This document shows, one piece after another, positions 37,775 through 51,154 of a stretch of DNA of 64,000 bases. The stretch is from Octopus sinensis. Lineage: Eukaryota. The notes under the pieces are model-generated. The model was not told the DNA's origin and ran no database searches. It saw only the letters and a program-made list of their open reading frames with translations. Within the stretch, counting starts at the first letter, position 1. Each line of letters opens with the position of its first letter. The stretch is taken from assembly GCF_006345805.1 (NCBI RefSeq), contig NC_043009.1, forward strand, positions 47,182,001-47,246,000. The letters run 5' to 3'. A program made the translations under genes and the position numbers.

Positions 37775-38385
37775 GTAGCTGTGTGTTAAGACGTTTGCTT
37801 CCCAATCACATCGTCCCGGTTTCAGTCCCATTACGCGGCGCCTTAGGAAATATCTTCTACAGCCTCCAGCTGACCGTAATTTTGTGAGTGGGTTTGTAGA
37901 CAGAAACTGAAGGAATCCACACATACGTGTGTGTGTGTGTATTTGTATCTTTGTGTTCGTACTCCACCACCGCTTGACAACGGTGTTGTTTTGTTTACGT
38001 CCCCGTAATTTAGCTGTTCGTCAAAAGACCGACAGAATAAGTACCTATTTCTTTACTACCCACAAGGGGCTAACACAGAGGGGAAAAACAAGGACAGACA
38101 AACGGATTAAGTCGATTACATCGACCCCAGTGCGTAACTGGTACTTAATCTATCGACCCCGAAAGGATGAAAGGCAAAGTCGACCTCGGCGGAATTTGAA
38201 CTCAGAACGTAACGGCAGACGAAATACGGCTACGCATTTCGCCCGGCGTGCTAACGGTTCTGCCAGCTCGCCGCCTTCGACAGATTAAGTACCAGGTTGA
38301 AGAAAGGACTGAGCTCGATTTTTCGACCAAAAGTTCTTCAAAGCGGTCTCAGCAAGGCTGCATTCTAATAACCGAAACAAAAGAT
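37775..38385 (+). mobile_element. Old SINE B interrupted by an inverted SINE C (38046-38276, minus)
   Basis: 16-bp TSD CGACAGA(A/T)TAAGTACC at 38030-38045 and 38278-38293. Confidence 0.85.
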
Positions 38386-38940
38386 ATAGCAATTAATCAG
38401 AAAGTTAAATGCCTCCGAGCAGATTGTTTTAAAGATGATAAAACTCCTTAAAAGACTGGTTCCACTTTGTTGTAATAGATGAAACTGTTGATGCGGCGAT
38501 TCTCCGTCGGTTAACAAGGTTGTCAAAGTTTAGTACTTAAGTAGTTATTGGCCAAATTTAGTGTTGAGGAAAAACTATTCAATCCATTAAGTGATAAAAA
38601 TTTCAATTTGTGATATCTTCAAAAGTGGAAATTTTTTTAGTTTATGCTTCGGATTTATATAATTCCTGAATACATAAACCATTAAATCTGGATATCAAAA
38701 TAATATCCAATTATAAACAACTGTACTATATTTTTTTTTTATATGCCTCCTCCATAGCTATTGAATAAAAAAACAAATTCTGATTCTACTTGTTTATACG
38801 ACACACATACTTACCAATATCTTTTATTCTCTCAACCTGTCCTTTCTGATAAACCAACATTTTCAAACAATCTGATACTTGTTTTCGTAAACATGCAACA
38901 GAAATTTATACATTCTTTATCAATCGATGTTTACTTTCGC

Positions 38941-39277
38941 GGTACTACTTAAGAAGAGTGGTCCCGGTGCGCGCACTCGCGTACTCGCGCATCCGCGCTA
39001 GCTAGTCGTGACTAATCGATCCTGCAACGACTACCTAGCAAAGTAAATAAAACACAAAATAAATCATTTTTTTTTTTACACAAAGTAAATAATCTTTTTA
39101 AAACAAAGTAAATATAACACAAAAACTATTTACTTTGTGTAAAAAAAAAAAATATTTATTTTGTGTTTTATTTACTTTGCTAGGTAGTCGTTGCAGGATC
39201 GACTAGTCACGACTAGCTAGCGCGGATGCGCGAGTACGCGAATGCGCGCACCGGGACCACTCTTCTTAAGTAGTACC
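38941..39277. mobile_element. Near-perfect 337-bp foldback/MITE (about 151-bp arms, about 35-bp spacer)
   Basis: GGTACTACTTAAGAAGAGTGG... versus ...CCACTCTTCTTAAGTAGTACC; about 3 differences between the arms. Confidence 0.9.
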
Positions 39278-39649
39278 TGCTTTCAATTTCTCTGCAATTC
39301 TTTTAGACGATTTAAATTGTGCCTGTGTTACGAAACCATTTTTCTTTATATCTGTCTTGAGAATAGTTTACTGTTAGTATAACGATTCTTGTAAAAACTG
39401 CTAGCTTGTCTAAAAACAGGCTCCCTTTCAGTTTTTCGTATTACTTATGCTTGATCAAATAGTTGCGTTGAAGATTGTACTTTTTATTAGCTGCAACCGA
39501 ATCTTTACAAATAACACACACATTCTCCATTTACTTCTATGAAAATAATTACCTATCCATTTTACTGCTATGGCTGACAAATATTTTTCTATCTGTAAGA
39601 CTGTCCAAATCTTTTATGAAATTTGCATTATTGATTTTAAATTCTTTGA

Positions 39650-39815
39650 GGCGCAGGAGTGGCTGTGTGGTAAGTAGCTTGCTAACCAGCCACATGGTTC
39701 CGGGTTCAGTCCCACTGCGTGGCATCTTGGGCAAGTGTCTTCTGCTATAGCCCGGGCCGACCAATGCCTTGTGAGTGGATTTGGTAGACGGAAACTGAAA
39801 GAAGCCTGTCGTATA

Positions 39816-39870
<55 letters not shown>

Positions 39871-40072
39871 TTGTGTGTCTGTGTTTGTCCCCCTAGCATT
39901 GCCTGACAACCGATGCTGGTGTGTTTACGTCCCCGTTACTTAGCAGTTCGGCAAAAGGGACCGATAGAATAAGTACTGGGCTTACAAAGAATAAGTCCCG
40001 GGGTCGATTTGCTCGACTAAAGGCGGTGCTCCAGCATGGCCGCAGTCAAATGACTGAAACGAGTAAAAGAGT
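39650..40072 (+). mobile_element. SINE B, full length
   Basis: Matches the 18286 copy. Confidence 0.9.
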
Positions 40073-40689
40073 ATATATGTATAAGCTTAGGGCTCGAGTA
40101 TACTATCTTTGGTAAGTCTAATTTCCTCCTGGAGATTTTCGTTAGAAATGGTCATTCTGTTTATTGTTTGGCTGAAGTCTGCTTTAAAATTTATAGATAT
40201 TTGACTGAAGAATTGTACCATTAAAACTGGTTGTAAATCATCGACGACTCAGCCAGTTTAGAGGTCAGGGACTGGGATAAATTGATCGGACATAGAACAA
40301 GCCTTTCAAAATTGTTAAAAACCTATCTGAATAGCGTAGAATCATCGATACAAGATTTCCCAATTGGTAAGAAGATATATATAAATAGGAAATAAAACTA
40401 GTTGAATAGTGTACTTAAACTGTGTGTATAAAAAATATTGTGGATATTTTATGATTTCGCTTTAGGCGTAGTGAAACTAATATTGTAATAATACATATTT
40501 GTATTGACATGTGTATCTCTACAAATTTGATGCTACAATTAGTGACAAGAGAGAAAAGCTGGGCCTCGACTTTAACGGAAGTGAGACAATAACAATCTGA
40601 AAGAAAGTAGCACCAATTTTTGACATAAAAATTAAAGGAACAACCTTGAAACCAGTCGACTTTTGGGAGAGCTATCATTATATCAGATG

Positions 40690-41160
40690 AAAAAAATTTC
40701 AAAAGTTAAATCGAAGATTGGACGATCCAAGTCTGCTTTCAGCGTGATGAAGCGTATTGTCAAATAAGCAGCCATCAGCGAAAGTGAGAGAGAAAGGAAC
40801 ATACATAGAACCTATCGTTACATATGGCTGCATGACTTGGAACATTAGCAAACACGTACAAGTGGCTACCAATGCTGCAGAGATGTTAAGACAGTTACTT
40901 AAGATACACAAACTGACAGACAAACATTGAAGTCACTTAGAAAAGTAGAAAAACTTATCAGTTAAGAAGGCAACCAGTGAAGTTCATTGGAAACCATTTA
41001 AGACAGAGCCTTGAATGTTTGATAACAATTGGGAAGACTGAGAGGGAAGATACTCAATGACCTTAGCAGATGGTTCCGGATAGACTCTCCCAATAAATTG
41101 CCGTGGGACAGTAGTGGATGAACGTCCATAATCATTGATGCTAGTAGGAGTGCCATATGG
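40690..41160 (+). mobile_element. Degraded RTE LINE 3' fragment
   Basis: KIGRSKSAFSVMKRI then YIEPIVTYGCMTWNIS...NAAEM (RI..AKSAF / Y..P.LLYGCETW / AAEMW). Confidence 0.7.
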
Positions 41161-41179
41161 CAGTTTGTTCTCTCTATCT

Positions 41180-42480
41180 CTCTCCTACACACAGAATCCG
41201 CCATCTATACAAACTGGATGACTTTAACATGTGCCGCAACTTTCGGAACATTATCCAAACCATGAAAGTTACTTCCGTGCATCATGCAACCCACAATCCC
41301 TCCTGCGTCCCAAACTGCAGCCAATTTTTAATTCTTGTCATGAAGATCACCACCAACCATTACGAAATCCTTTTTTCGGCGACTTCACAATCATGAAATA
41401 CTTTTGCGGAGGAAGCGCCCACATTTGCAACCCGCTTTGCACCCAAGTCTACCCAGTCTACATTGAGAAAATCTTTTCCCAAATTACTTCCACCCTTCTA
41501 CTCCATCAAGCAGCCTCAGAAACCTCCTGTCACTTGAATGCATCCAAGCCACCGTTCCTAACGATGTCTCTTTCACTAATTTCTAACAATGCTCTCTTGT
41601 ACTATCCTCAAACCACGTTAAACTCTTCAATTTTTCTTTCTCTTTCGGGATATATTCCACTCATTGAAAACGTACAGCAGTTTGTACAATCCCAACAAAG
41701 ACAATCCCTTTGACCCTACCAACTATCTTACATCTAATAGCTCAAAGATGATGGAGGTACCCGTTAATAACTTTCTCTAACATCTTAACTCTCCATCACT
41801 CCTTTCATAATTACAACTACCACAGCTCTCGTAAAACCAGATCTCCCAGAGACTTAAATTCCTATATCACTGACCAGTTGGCCTTCACACACATACACAC
41901 GGTAGATTTGAAAATCAGTGTTGTTCACTTCGACACTAGCAAAACTTTCGAATACGTTAGGTGCGAATCTCCTATCAAAACTTCCCGCTTTTGGGTTCTA
42001 TCCTTCAGTCATCTATCCACGGCTTCCTCTCTGGTCACATCACTGCTATATCTACTGATGCAGAAGGCGGCGAGCTGGCAGATACGTTAGCGCGTGGGGT
42101 GAAATGCTTAGCGGTATTTCGTCTGTCGTTACGTTCTGAGTTCAAATTCCGCCGAGGTCGACTTTACCTTTCATCCTTTCGGGGTCGATAAATAAAGTAC
42201 CAGTTTCGCACTGGAGTTGATGTAATCGACTTAATCCCTTTGTCTGTCCTTGTTTGTCCCCTCTATCTTTAGCCCCTTGTGGGCAATAAAGAAATATATA
42301 TCTACTGATGCAGCTCTCTGAGGATTCTAATATAGGAGAACACTCTCATTCTATTCAAATGCTTGGCGTCTACCGACACTGAGAACCTGTTCTGGTAAAC
42401 ATATATCCTTAACAAAACAAAGACCGCATTTCAATGACTGGTATTCCTATTCAGAAGCAGAAAAAATGAAAACTTAGGCC
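41180..42480 (+). mobile_element. Degraded CR1/L2-group LINE RT remnant, interrupted by SINE C
   Basis: DPTNY..SSKMME, VHFDTSKTFEYV (LDISKAFD.V) and LVFLFRSRK motifs, with many stops. Confidence 0.6.
42066..42296 (+). mobile_element. SINE C, full length
   Basis: Perfect 17-bp TSD TATATCTACTGATGCAG at 42047-42063 and 42297-42313. Confidence 0.92.
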
Positions 42481-43035
42481 TTGGTCTGTACAAAGCATTC
42501 TGATAAGTTTGTTCAAAATGTACATTTTTGTTATCAGTCTTTCAGTTCTCTCTAATTTCATACGCTCACTTTCATAAGTGCCTAGTTATTCTAATGGCTG
42601 GAAAAACATTGTAAATGTGTAATATATATGATGCATGGACGCCAAAGAAATACGCCCTGTATATTATGGGTGATACACAAGACAGACGAACGGTTAAACA
42701 CCCAATAGTAACACTCCTATCCACTCTTAGAAAATTTCAGAAGCACCTGACATTGGAGAATTACTTCCACATCTAGATCGAGATTTCTACGTTTAATTTT
42801 ATTTGACAAGGAGGCAGTGGGAAAAATCCATTACGATAACGCTTCGTGGTTCCGCATAAAACTTGAAATCTTTCTAGTAGTTTAGTCTAACTGTAATACC
42901 AGTAATATATTTGGGTTGATCAGATTAAATGCACACATATTGCGATGGCATCGAATTGGATAAGAAGCAACCTTTTGGCAGAGGGGTTTAATTTTGTATC
43001 GCAAATTTGTAATGGCTTATATTTATTCTTTGCAG

Positions 43036-43217
43036 ATTTGAATTTGGGGTCCGTCCTAAAAGAACTACGACAGCTAGAAGATAAAAGACTTAGTGTGCAA
43101 TGTGATACTTACGAGCAAGATAAACGCCATGATGACGCCATTTTAACACTGATTAATAATACAAATAAAGGAGACATCAGTCGCCATCAGAGCATGTTCT
43201 TGTCGATATGTCAGAAT
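43036..43217 (+). CDS. INF2: INF2-like formin, exon 4 (end of DID / dimerisation region)
   Basis: TTGCAG|AT...AAT|GTAAGT, 182 nt, phase 1 to 0. Reads (D)LNLGSVLKELRQLEDKRLSVQCDTYEQDKRHDD...RHQSMFLSICQN. Confidence 0.9.
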
Positions 43218-43974
43218 GTAAGTAATTTCTTTGTGTACGACATATATACATCGTTCTATCCACTTCTCAAATTTTGATTGCCTTTTTTTTTTTTTTATTA
43301 AATACGATCTGCTCGAACTGTGTATTGTGACCAGATAAAGAAAAAATATTCGAGCTGGAGTCGATCTTTGATTCTATTCGTTTGCCAGTTTCTTTTGCGA
43401 AAGAAATAATTACATCTTATTTAATAACTCACCAGAAACTGTGATGTGATGCCAACTGGACTAGTACTCTACATTACAAGAAAATTTTTATCACTTGTAT
43501 CTGAATCAAGGATTTTATCGAAGGCATTTTAAATATTACAGTATAGTATTTATTAATCACAACTTTAAAGTAAGACATTTACTTTTGGCAACAGCGAATA
43601 AAGATTAACAGATAATTCTCAACCTTTAACAGTCATGCACCAGTAATTTGCCTTTCAACTAACATTTATATGTAAAAAAAAAAACCAGTTTTCTAATAGA
43701 AAGCATATATTTTACGAACTTACTAAACATACTTTTCAATTCTGTTATGTCTGGACTTTAGCGTTATAAAAGTTGCTAGCTTTTCTCAGGCTATTTTCCC
43801 CTCTTGTATTCTGCACAATAGACAAATAACTTCCAGTCCCTCATCCCATAGGAACAGTGTCAATTTCTGAACCCCTATTTGCGACGGTTCTCTAACCATC
43901 TGGGACCTTCTTTTATATATTTGTCCTTTTCTTCTTGACAGTTTCATTCGTTAATGAAAAATAATTGTGGCATA

Positions 43975-44170
43975 GCCTCGTGTTGCAGCTGGGTGGAGCG
44001 GTTGACTCACCGTTGCCCTGTCCATGTGTCTTTCGAACACATGCCACCCCAAACATCGGAGATGGAGAGGGAGGACTCTCTAGAAAATATTCAATGGGAT
44101 ACTGACGGAATTGATACCAACGAGCAAATAGTACAGGCCCAGATGATGAGGGTATGTTCGAGTGGTGTTT
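43975..44170 (+). mobile_element. Possible RTE endonuclease N-terminal remnant
   Basis: SLENIQWDTDGI resembles EL.RY.WDI.GL of RTE APE domains; short and weak. Confidence 0.35.
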
Positions 44171-44629
44171 GGTTCTAAACATGCATGTAATGGGCTTTTT
44201 ATTTGGTGTATTTTAAGAGCAGGGCATTATATATATATATATATAAAGATGTGTATTTGTCTAAATATCTGGAGACGAAAATATAATGTAAAAAGGTGTA
44301 TACATGTGAATATATTTGAGTATTATATGTGTGTGTGTATATGTATATACGTGAATTTCTATATAAACGACTTTAAAATGTGTATGCATGTGAACACACG
44401 ATCACACAGATGAAACTCCGTTATAACGAGTATCAATATAACAACTTCTTTTCACCACAACGAAACTTGATTGAATCCCTGGCATAATCCTATTAAATTA
44501 ACGCTGAAAGAACTTCTTGTCGCCATAATTCGACAACAACGAAAATCAAGATTTTTGGAACAACTGTAAAGCCAGTCTTAGAGTATCGTTGGAGCTCAGG
44601 TAAAACGACGATCAAGGATGTGATTACCT

Positions 44630-45186
44630 GTACTGTGACCATGCTAGGTCACTGTCTTGAAGGAATTTAGCCGAACGAATCACACCTCACCAGTATTCCC
44701 TTTTTTTAATCCCGATATTGATTGTATCGGTTTCTTTGTAGAACCATTAAGATATGGGGACGTAAACAAACCATCGGTCAAGCGGTAGTAGGGGACAAAC
44801 ACAAACGTACACTTGTATATGACCAGCTTCAGTCTCTGCCTACCAAATCTACTCAAAAGGCTTTGGTCGGCCTGGGGCTGTAGAAGACATCTGCCCAAAA
44901 TACCTACTTCTTTACTACACACAAGGGGCTAAACACAGAGGGGACAAACAAGGACAGACAAACGGATTAAGTTGATTACATCGACCTCAGTGCGTAACTG
45001 ATACTTGTTTAATCGACCCCGAAAGGATGAAAGGTAAAGTCGACCTCGGCGGAATTTGAACTCAGAACGTAACGGCAGACGAAATACCGCGTGCTAACGT
45101 TTCTGCCAGCTCGCCGCCATCAGAGGGACTGAACCTGGAATCTTGTAGCTGGGAAGCAAACTTCTTACCATACAGCCACGACTGTG
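44630..45186 (-). mobile_element. Old SINE B interrupted by SINE C (about 44903-45118)
   Basis: The B head (CTTACCATACAGCCAC) lies after the C insert and the B body before it. Confidence 0.8.
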
Positions 45187-46059
45187 CTTTAACACATACG
45201 AGCGAGCTGCTGTATCAATATTCAGCCATATCAAAGAAGTGCGCTAAGGTAGGACAGCGGGTTTTGTCGTTGCTGTTTCGAGAATTCAAGAATGTATATT
45301 GTATGGTATTTGATATACCTGCATTTATCTATGTTGCTCATATACACGTCATTGGACACTCTGAGTTATCATTCTTCGCTCATTTTTATTTAAATTATGA
45401 TAATGATAGATAGAAGGGCTACATACGACTATATTAACCAATATGGACGTGATTTTGCATAAAATTTACATATTTTCAAATTTGATTCATTTGAATATCT
45501 AAAAAAAACATGTGATATTTACTGATAGAAACTTTTCGTCTTTACTAATGTGGTAAAACATGAATCTATTTAGACGAGATATTCACGGTTAGAAAAAAAA
45601 AACTCTGAGTCTAATAGAATTGATAGGAAACTCGCTGTTAGTAATTACGTTAATGGTCACGTTTGGAAATTTTTATGGTGGCAGTCCTATGGTAGCGGTA
45701 AAAGGTTTATGGTTAAAATGGGTAATTAAGTTTGTTTTTGAGTATAGCAAGAATAAATGTATTTATATATTTTTATATCACATAGCGAAATATTTCTCAT
45801 AAAGATTTATTCTATACACAGTCACTTTCGTTATAACGGAATCTTCCCTGTTATGTAAAATATACATGAACTTGTATATTTGTCGTGCATATATGGATAT
45901 ATAGATACGTGTGTGTCATATATATATAATGTGTGCGTGTTAAATAAAATGAGACAACAAAGCCAAGGCTGAGCGGAATTTCCAGGACATTTATAAAGAG
46001 ACAGTCTTACAGCTGTTTCTGGGATTTTAACCATCTCACATCGCCGTTATAAGTTATTC

Positions 46060-46615
46060 CATCTGTTGAACATAGCGGAGTCGCTTGTTTACCGGGGCTA
46101 AGCCATTCCTTACGCTGCTTCATATTGATGTACAGGCACCATTTTTCGTCGCCAGTAACAATTCGGTAAAGAAATTGTTGCTTGTGTCCATGAGTTGAGC
46201 GGTGATAAGCAAGCAAACCAGCGGAGATTGTGGCTCGTTGATTTTTTTGTTGTCACTTAAAGCATGCAGAACCCATGCCCCATAATTCTGAACCTCTCCC
46301 ATTGAGAGAATATAGCAGTGTGGGAGCATTCCATTTTCTCTGCCAGTTCCCTTGTCGTCTGACGAGAATTTTCGTGCAAAAGTTGGTTTATTTGCTCGTC
46401 AAAGAACTCAACTGAACGGCCAGAACGAGGTTCGTCTTTGAAGTAAAATTTCCATTTTTGAACTTGGCATACCAATCACGAGCGATTCTCTCAGCTATGG
46501 CACCCTCTCCTTACACAGCATTAATGTCGCGAGCAGCTTTTGCGACCTTAAAACCTTGATTAAAAGCAAAAAGGAGGTGTCGAAAGTGCTCGTTTTTCTT
46601 AACTTTTTCTTACAT
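46060..46615 (-). mobile_element. Mariner transposase pseudogene, N-terminal half
   Basis: KNEHFRHLLFAFNQG..AAR.INAV, WYAKFKNG, DEPRSGR, RELAEK, WVLHALS, FLYRIVTGDEKWCLYIN..RKEW; stops and frameshifts; truncated before the YSPDL region. Confidence 0.92.
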
Positions 46616-46692
46616 GCGTGTGCAAGTTCGTGTGTGTGTGTGCAGATAAGCAATGCATATGTATGAACATGCATGTAAAATTGTGTGTGTAT

Positions 46693-46753
<61 letters not shown>

Positions 46754-46885
46754 GAGGGGTGTATGAAAAGTCTTGAGCCTCAAAAAAAGAACAGAACTTG
46801 GCACGATACAAGATTTCAAGGTTCAAAACTTATACACTCCTCGTGTGTGTGTGTGTGAGAGAGTTTTTGTAGTGTACAAATATTG

Positions 46886-47861
46886 TATATTTAGAATAAG
46901 GTAGTCAGAATGTTAACGATTATATATATGTTTTTATTTATATATTTTTAGCGCTTTCTTCCGTTATCGGATTTATCAAAAAGTGGTTTAAAGTTAGATT
47001 TCTTGGCCTTTTTATATATAATATTGCGGGGTCTGCCAAGTAAGAGAGAAGAAAAAAATTTTTGAGAAGGAGGGGGAGGTAAAGAGGCATGGGTTTGTAT
47101 TGGTATGGTCAGATTTGTTTGTTTAGTACTTAGTGGCCTTTTAAGGTGGGAAAGGAAATATTTTTTTGTATTTGAATTGGTCAATGTTTTAACTGAAAAA
47201 CCAGATGTTGTTTTTGATTTTCTTCAGTAAAAATTATAATTGCATTTCCAGTCTTGTTCTTTTGTATTCATTAAAGAATAATTGTATGGATGTGATCAAC
47301 TTTTTTTTATTGAAATTCTAGTTATTTTCGACCATTAACGTAATTACTAACAGCGAGTTTCCTATCAACTCATTGCTGTGTGAGTGTATAGTGAACTCAA
47401 AAATCACTCTTTCGAAAACAACTAGAATTTCAATCAAAAAAAGTTGACCACATCCATACAACTATTCTTTAATGAGTACAAAAGAACAAGACCTGGAAAT
47501 GCAATTATAATTTTTACTGAAGACAGTCAAACACAACATCTGGTTTTTCAATTAAAACCTTGACCAATTCAAATACGAAAATACTTTTCCCTTCCCCACC
47601 TTAAAAGGCCACGAAGTACTAAACAAACGAGTCTGACCACACAAAAGCTACGCCTCTTTACCTCCCCTTCCTTCTCAAAAAAAAAAGTTTTTCTTCTCTC
47701 CTGCTTGGCAAACCCCACAAAATTCTTTATATATAAAAAGGCCAAGAAATCTAACATTAAACCACTTTTTGATGAAATCTGTAACGGAAGAAAGCGCTAA
47801 AAAATGTAAATAAGAAATATATATAATCATCCAACATTCTGATTTCCTTACTCTAAATATA
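46886..47861. repeat. Large diverged foldback (arms about 46886-47331 and 47411-47861, spacer about 80 bp)
   Basis: For example CTTCAGTAAAAATTATAATTGCATTTCCAG versus CTGGAAATGCAATTATAATTTTTACTGAAG; the spacer matches the reverse complement of about 45620-45657. Confidence 0.88.
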
Positions 47862-48420
47862 TATACACAAACTTTTACCAGTATATACGTATACACACAT
47901 GCACATGAATATATACATATATATGCATATCTATATATTTTCGCGCGCGCACATGTATGTTTCTACATATATAAATGTGTGTATGTATGTGTATATATCT
48001 ATCTGTAAGTTTATATGTGTGGTATAGATAATATTTTACGCCCTTTACCATGCATGCGTGGGTTGGGAAGGTCCTCTCCCATATAACATCCAGCTACTCG
48101 TTGCAAACTCTTTTTATCCCCTTTCCATTAGATCATGCATCGTAAGATACTCCATGATAACTTCTGTCCACATCTAACTCTTTCCTCCGCTTCTGCACCT
48201 TCCTGCCACCCTGATCACTATTTTACTTCTTTAACCAAATTTTATTCTCCATACACTACGCCTCACGTCTTCTTACCGGCGCAATTGGCTCTTTTTTTAC
48301 GTTACATGTCGTTCAGTGATTCTTGCTCACTAACATTAGGGTTTCGCACCTCCTTTTTGATGTTGCTGACTCGACGCTTACTTTTTTGACATTAGACGTT
48401 TTCATGTTTCTCTCGTCTCG

Positions 48421-48423
<3 letters not shown>

Positions 48424-48500
<77 letters not shown>
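48424..48500. repeat. (CT)n microsatellite
   Basis: Direct inspection. Confidence 0.95.
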
Positions 48501-48502
<2 letters not shown>

Positions 48503-49126
48503 ATTTGCCTAAGCATATCTCTGTTTATGTGCATGGAAAGAGCGAAAATGTTCATCTCATCATTCAATTAATAAATTGTAATCTCAATCTTTCTCACTCT
48601 CTCTCTCTCTTTTTCTCCTCTCTTTCTCATTCTCTATCTCCTCTCTCCCTCTTTCTCCCTCTCACTCTTTCTTGTTCTAGAAACTATGTTTCCATGGTAT
48701 CTACCTCCACCACTAATCAGCTTGCCCAGAGAAAAAACCTAACAATTTCGTGTATGAAATTTTGCAAGCATTTCACGGAGATTATTGCTACTTACTACCC
48801 ATTTGCATCTTTCACATACGAAGTTTTCCTTCATCTCTAACTTTGCATGTGATCCCACATTTCTTATTCACCCACAGTTAACACAGGGGTTCAGCGTAAC
48901 GAATTCCTGCCAACTCTTTTGCATATCAAGCTTTATCAATTTCTTGGTGTAATAAGATTATTTGCTTTCCTGCTAATTGATACTTTTGTCTTTAGGTTTT
49001 GCTTCCACGTTTGCAATTCCTTCTCTAAATCTTTGATAAACTCATCTATGAAAAATCAAGCCATCGACAAACAAGTTCCTACGGACAACTAGTTTAAAAC
49101 TTTTCTGTTATAGTCTATTGTAATAT

Positions 49127-49405
49127 ACTAGCTGACCCCGTTCCGTCCAAAATGGATGGTAAATCAAATTAATACACTTGTCAATGTTCACATACATTCA
49201 CATACTTCCCTTGTACACGCACACATATACACACACATATACTCATACAAAGTTGAAACGCTGTTTGATTTTTCTTTTCAGCGTTGAATGTTAACCATCC
49301 CACCAATTTGCCATCACCCCTTCCCTCCTTATTCATGTATCACTCCTTCCTTTCTCATTCATATGTTGTGACAGAGAAAAACACAAGAGTATCATTATAG
49401 TAGAT
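49127..49405 (+). mobile_element. Helitron/HINE-like non-autonomous element
   Basis: ACTAGCTGACCCCG..CCGTCC-AAAAT-GGATGG start and ATTATAGTAGAT end. Confidence 0.55.
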
Positions 49406-49699
49406 AACTATAATAAAGAGGAGGGTGCTAAGAACCAATTCTCGTGCATGTCTGCATGATTAATGCCGCTCTGAACTCTATCAACTCTTATCTTGCTGAC
49501 GTCATCTTGTCACCATGGTTTACATGGGTCTCACAAGTTATTCAGCTACATTTAGTTTCCTTGAAGACCACTAGACAACAGGGTGTGGTACCCTGTCAAA
49601 AGCCTTTTCCATATGGACCCATGCCAGTTGTTGGGGGCCTTACACACATTTAAGAAAGTTTCCTGTAATTACCTTACTAAGAAGAGGACATAAGTTGTA

Positions 49700-50680
49700 T
49701 ACCAGTCTGGCAGAAACCCAAACCGAATCTAATCTAGATTAATTAGCTTACCAATCAGTTGTATTATAACCCTTTCGTATATTTTCATAGCTTGACCAAT
49801 CGGTCTGATAACTTTCTATTGTGGTTGGGCATTTTCCTATAGTATCACCTATTCCTTCGTAGCAGTTGATGATACAGCAACACAAGTCATTTGGCGTGGG
49901 ACCGCCCTGTGATATTTCAATGACTATGCGAGGGATTAGAGTATATACTACTTCAGATATTTTTAGCATCACAGCGACTATTCCTTATGGTCTAGCCGCC
50001 CTCCATATCTTCATACTTTAATCACCCTTTCAACCATATAACTATTAACTTTAAAACTTGGCCCCACAATTGGCTATACTTAGGGTAGGAACTCTACTTA
50101 CTATACATTTAACAAACTCTCGTTGTAACATGTCCAAGCATCTTCTCTTTAAATGTAAGAGTGCCACTCTCATTCCGAACATACTTCTCCACAAAGACAT
50201 CTCAATTCAAATTGACACACTGGCACAGGCTTGCAATTTCAAAACAACCTCACCTTTTAACCCATTCATCGTAGAATATTGGCAAACCTCTTACTTTCGG
50301 CTTACTTCTGTGCCATTTATTACTCATTTTAGTTTCTCTTTTAGCTTCCCCACTTACTACCGAATTCTTTTCACCCTGTCCTAAGAATCCAAAAGCTCTA
50401 TTTGCTTTGACATTCCACCACCACGTCACTTTCCATCAGCTTAGAACTTTGCTCAAGACAACATTCTATCTATGGCCCACAGCATGATGTGGCATTCATA
50501 ATTATCAGTCTATCTCGATTATTGATCTGTATGAACTTTGCCTTACGTGTTCACCAGATTGGTAGATAATCGGGTGGCTGGACAGCGTCCTGAAAAGACT
50601 TGCAAATGGCTAGGTCATGTATCACAAATCAGTTCTTGTATCAATATACACCAAGGTAGCTATCATGGTAGTGTTACGAA
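49700..50680 (-). mobile_element. Very degraded RTE LINE (APE end to RT start)
   Basis: Minus-strand KVTWWWN and MK..RA.RP.GI..GDTIGKCPTTIESY align with KETWWWN and MK.GKA.GPDGI..KGD...C.NYRGI. Confidence 0.55.
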
Positions 50681-50864
50681 CGGGCCTTATTGAACGAGTA
50701 AAACACACACACACACGCATATATGTTTATTCTGTATATGTGTGCCTGTGTGCTTTTATATATGCGTGTGAATATATATGCGTGTGAATGTGTATGTTAA
50801 TACCTACGTTTATGCTAATGTCTATGAGCTTGTATATATGTACTTGTGTGTATATTGTGCGTGT

Positions 50865-51154
50865 GAAGGCGCGTGGCTTAGTGGTTAGGAGTATTCGACT
50901 CGCGATCGTAAAGTCGTGATTTCAATTCCCGGTGACTGGTTCTCCAGTCCACTCAGCTGGCAAAAATGAGTTGTACTTGTAATACAAAGGGCCGGCCTTG
51001 CCACATTTCTGTGTCACGCTGACTCTCCCTGAGAACTAGGGTAAGGATATGTGTGTTTGTTGAGTGCTCGGCCACTTGCACGCTAATTTCACGAGTAGGC
51101 TGTTCTGTTGATCGGATCGACTAGAACCCTCGTCGTCATAAAGGACGGAGTGCC
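50865..51154 (+). mobile_element. Old SINE with A-type head and A-type tail but a different middle
   Basis: The tail CAAAGGGCCGGCCTTG...GACGGAGTGCC is shared with SINE A; the middle CTCCAGTCCACTCAGCTGGC is not. Confidence 0.75.

Noticed and set aside
34343-43035. A missing about 34-nt micro-exon expected from my recollection of vertebrate INF2 structure
   Set aside because: Exon 4 here already encodes that segment (DLNLGSVLKELR) and the phases join without it.
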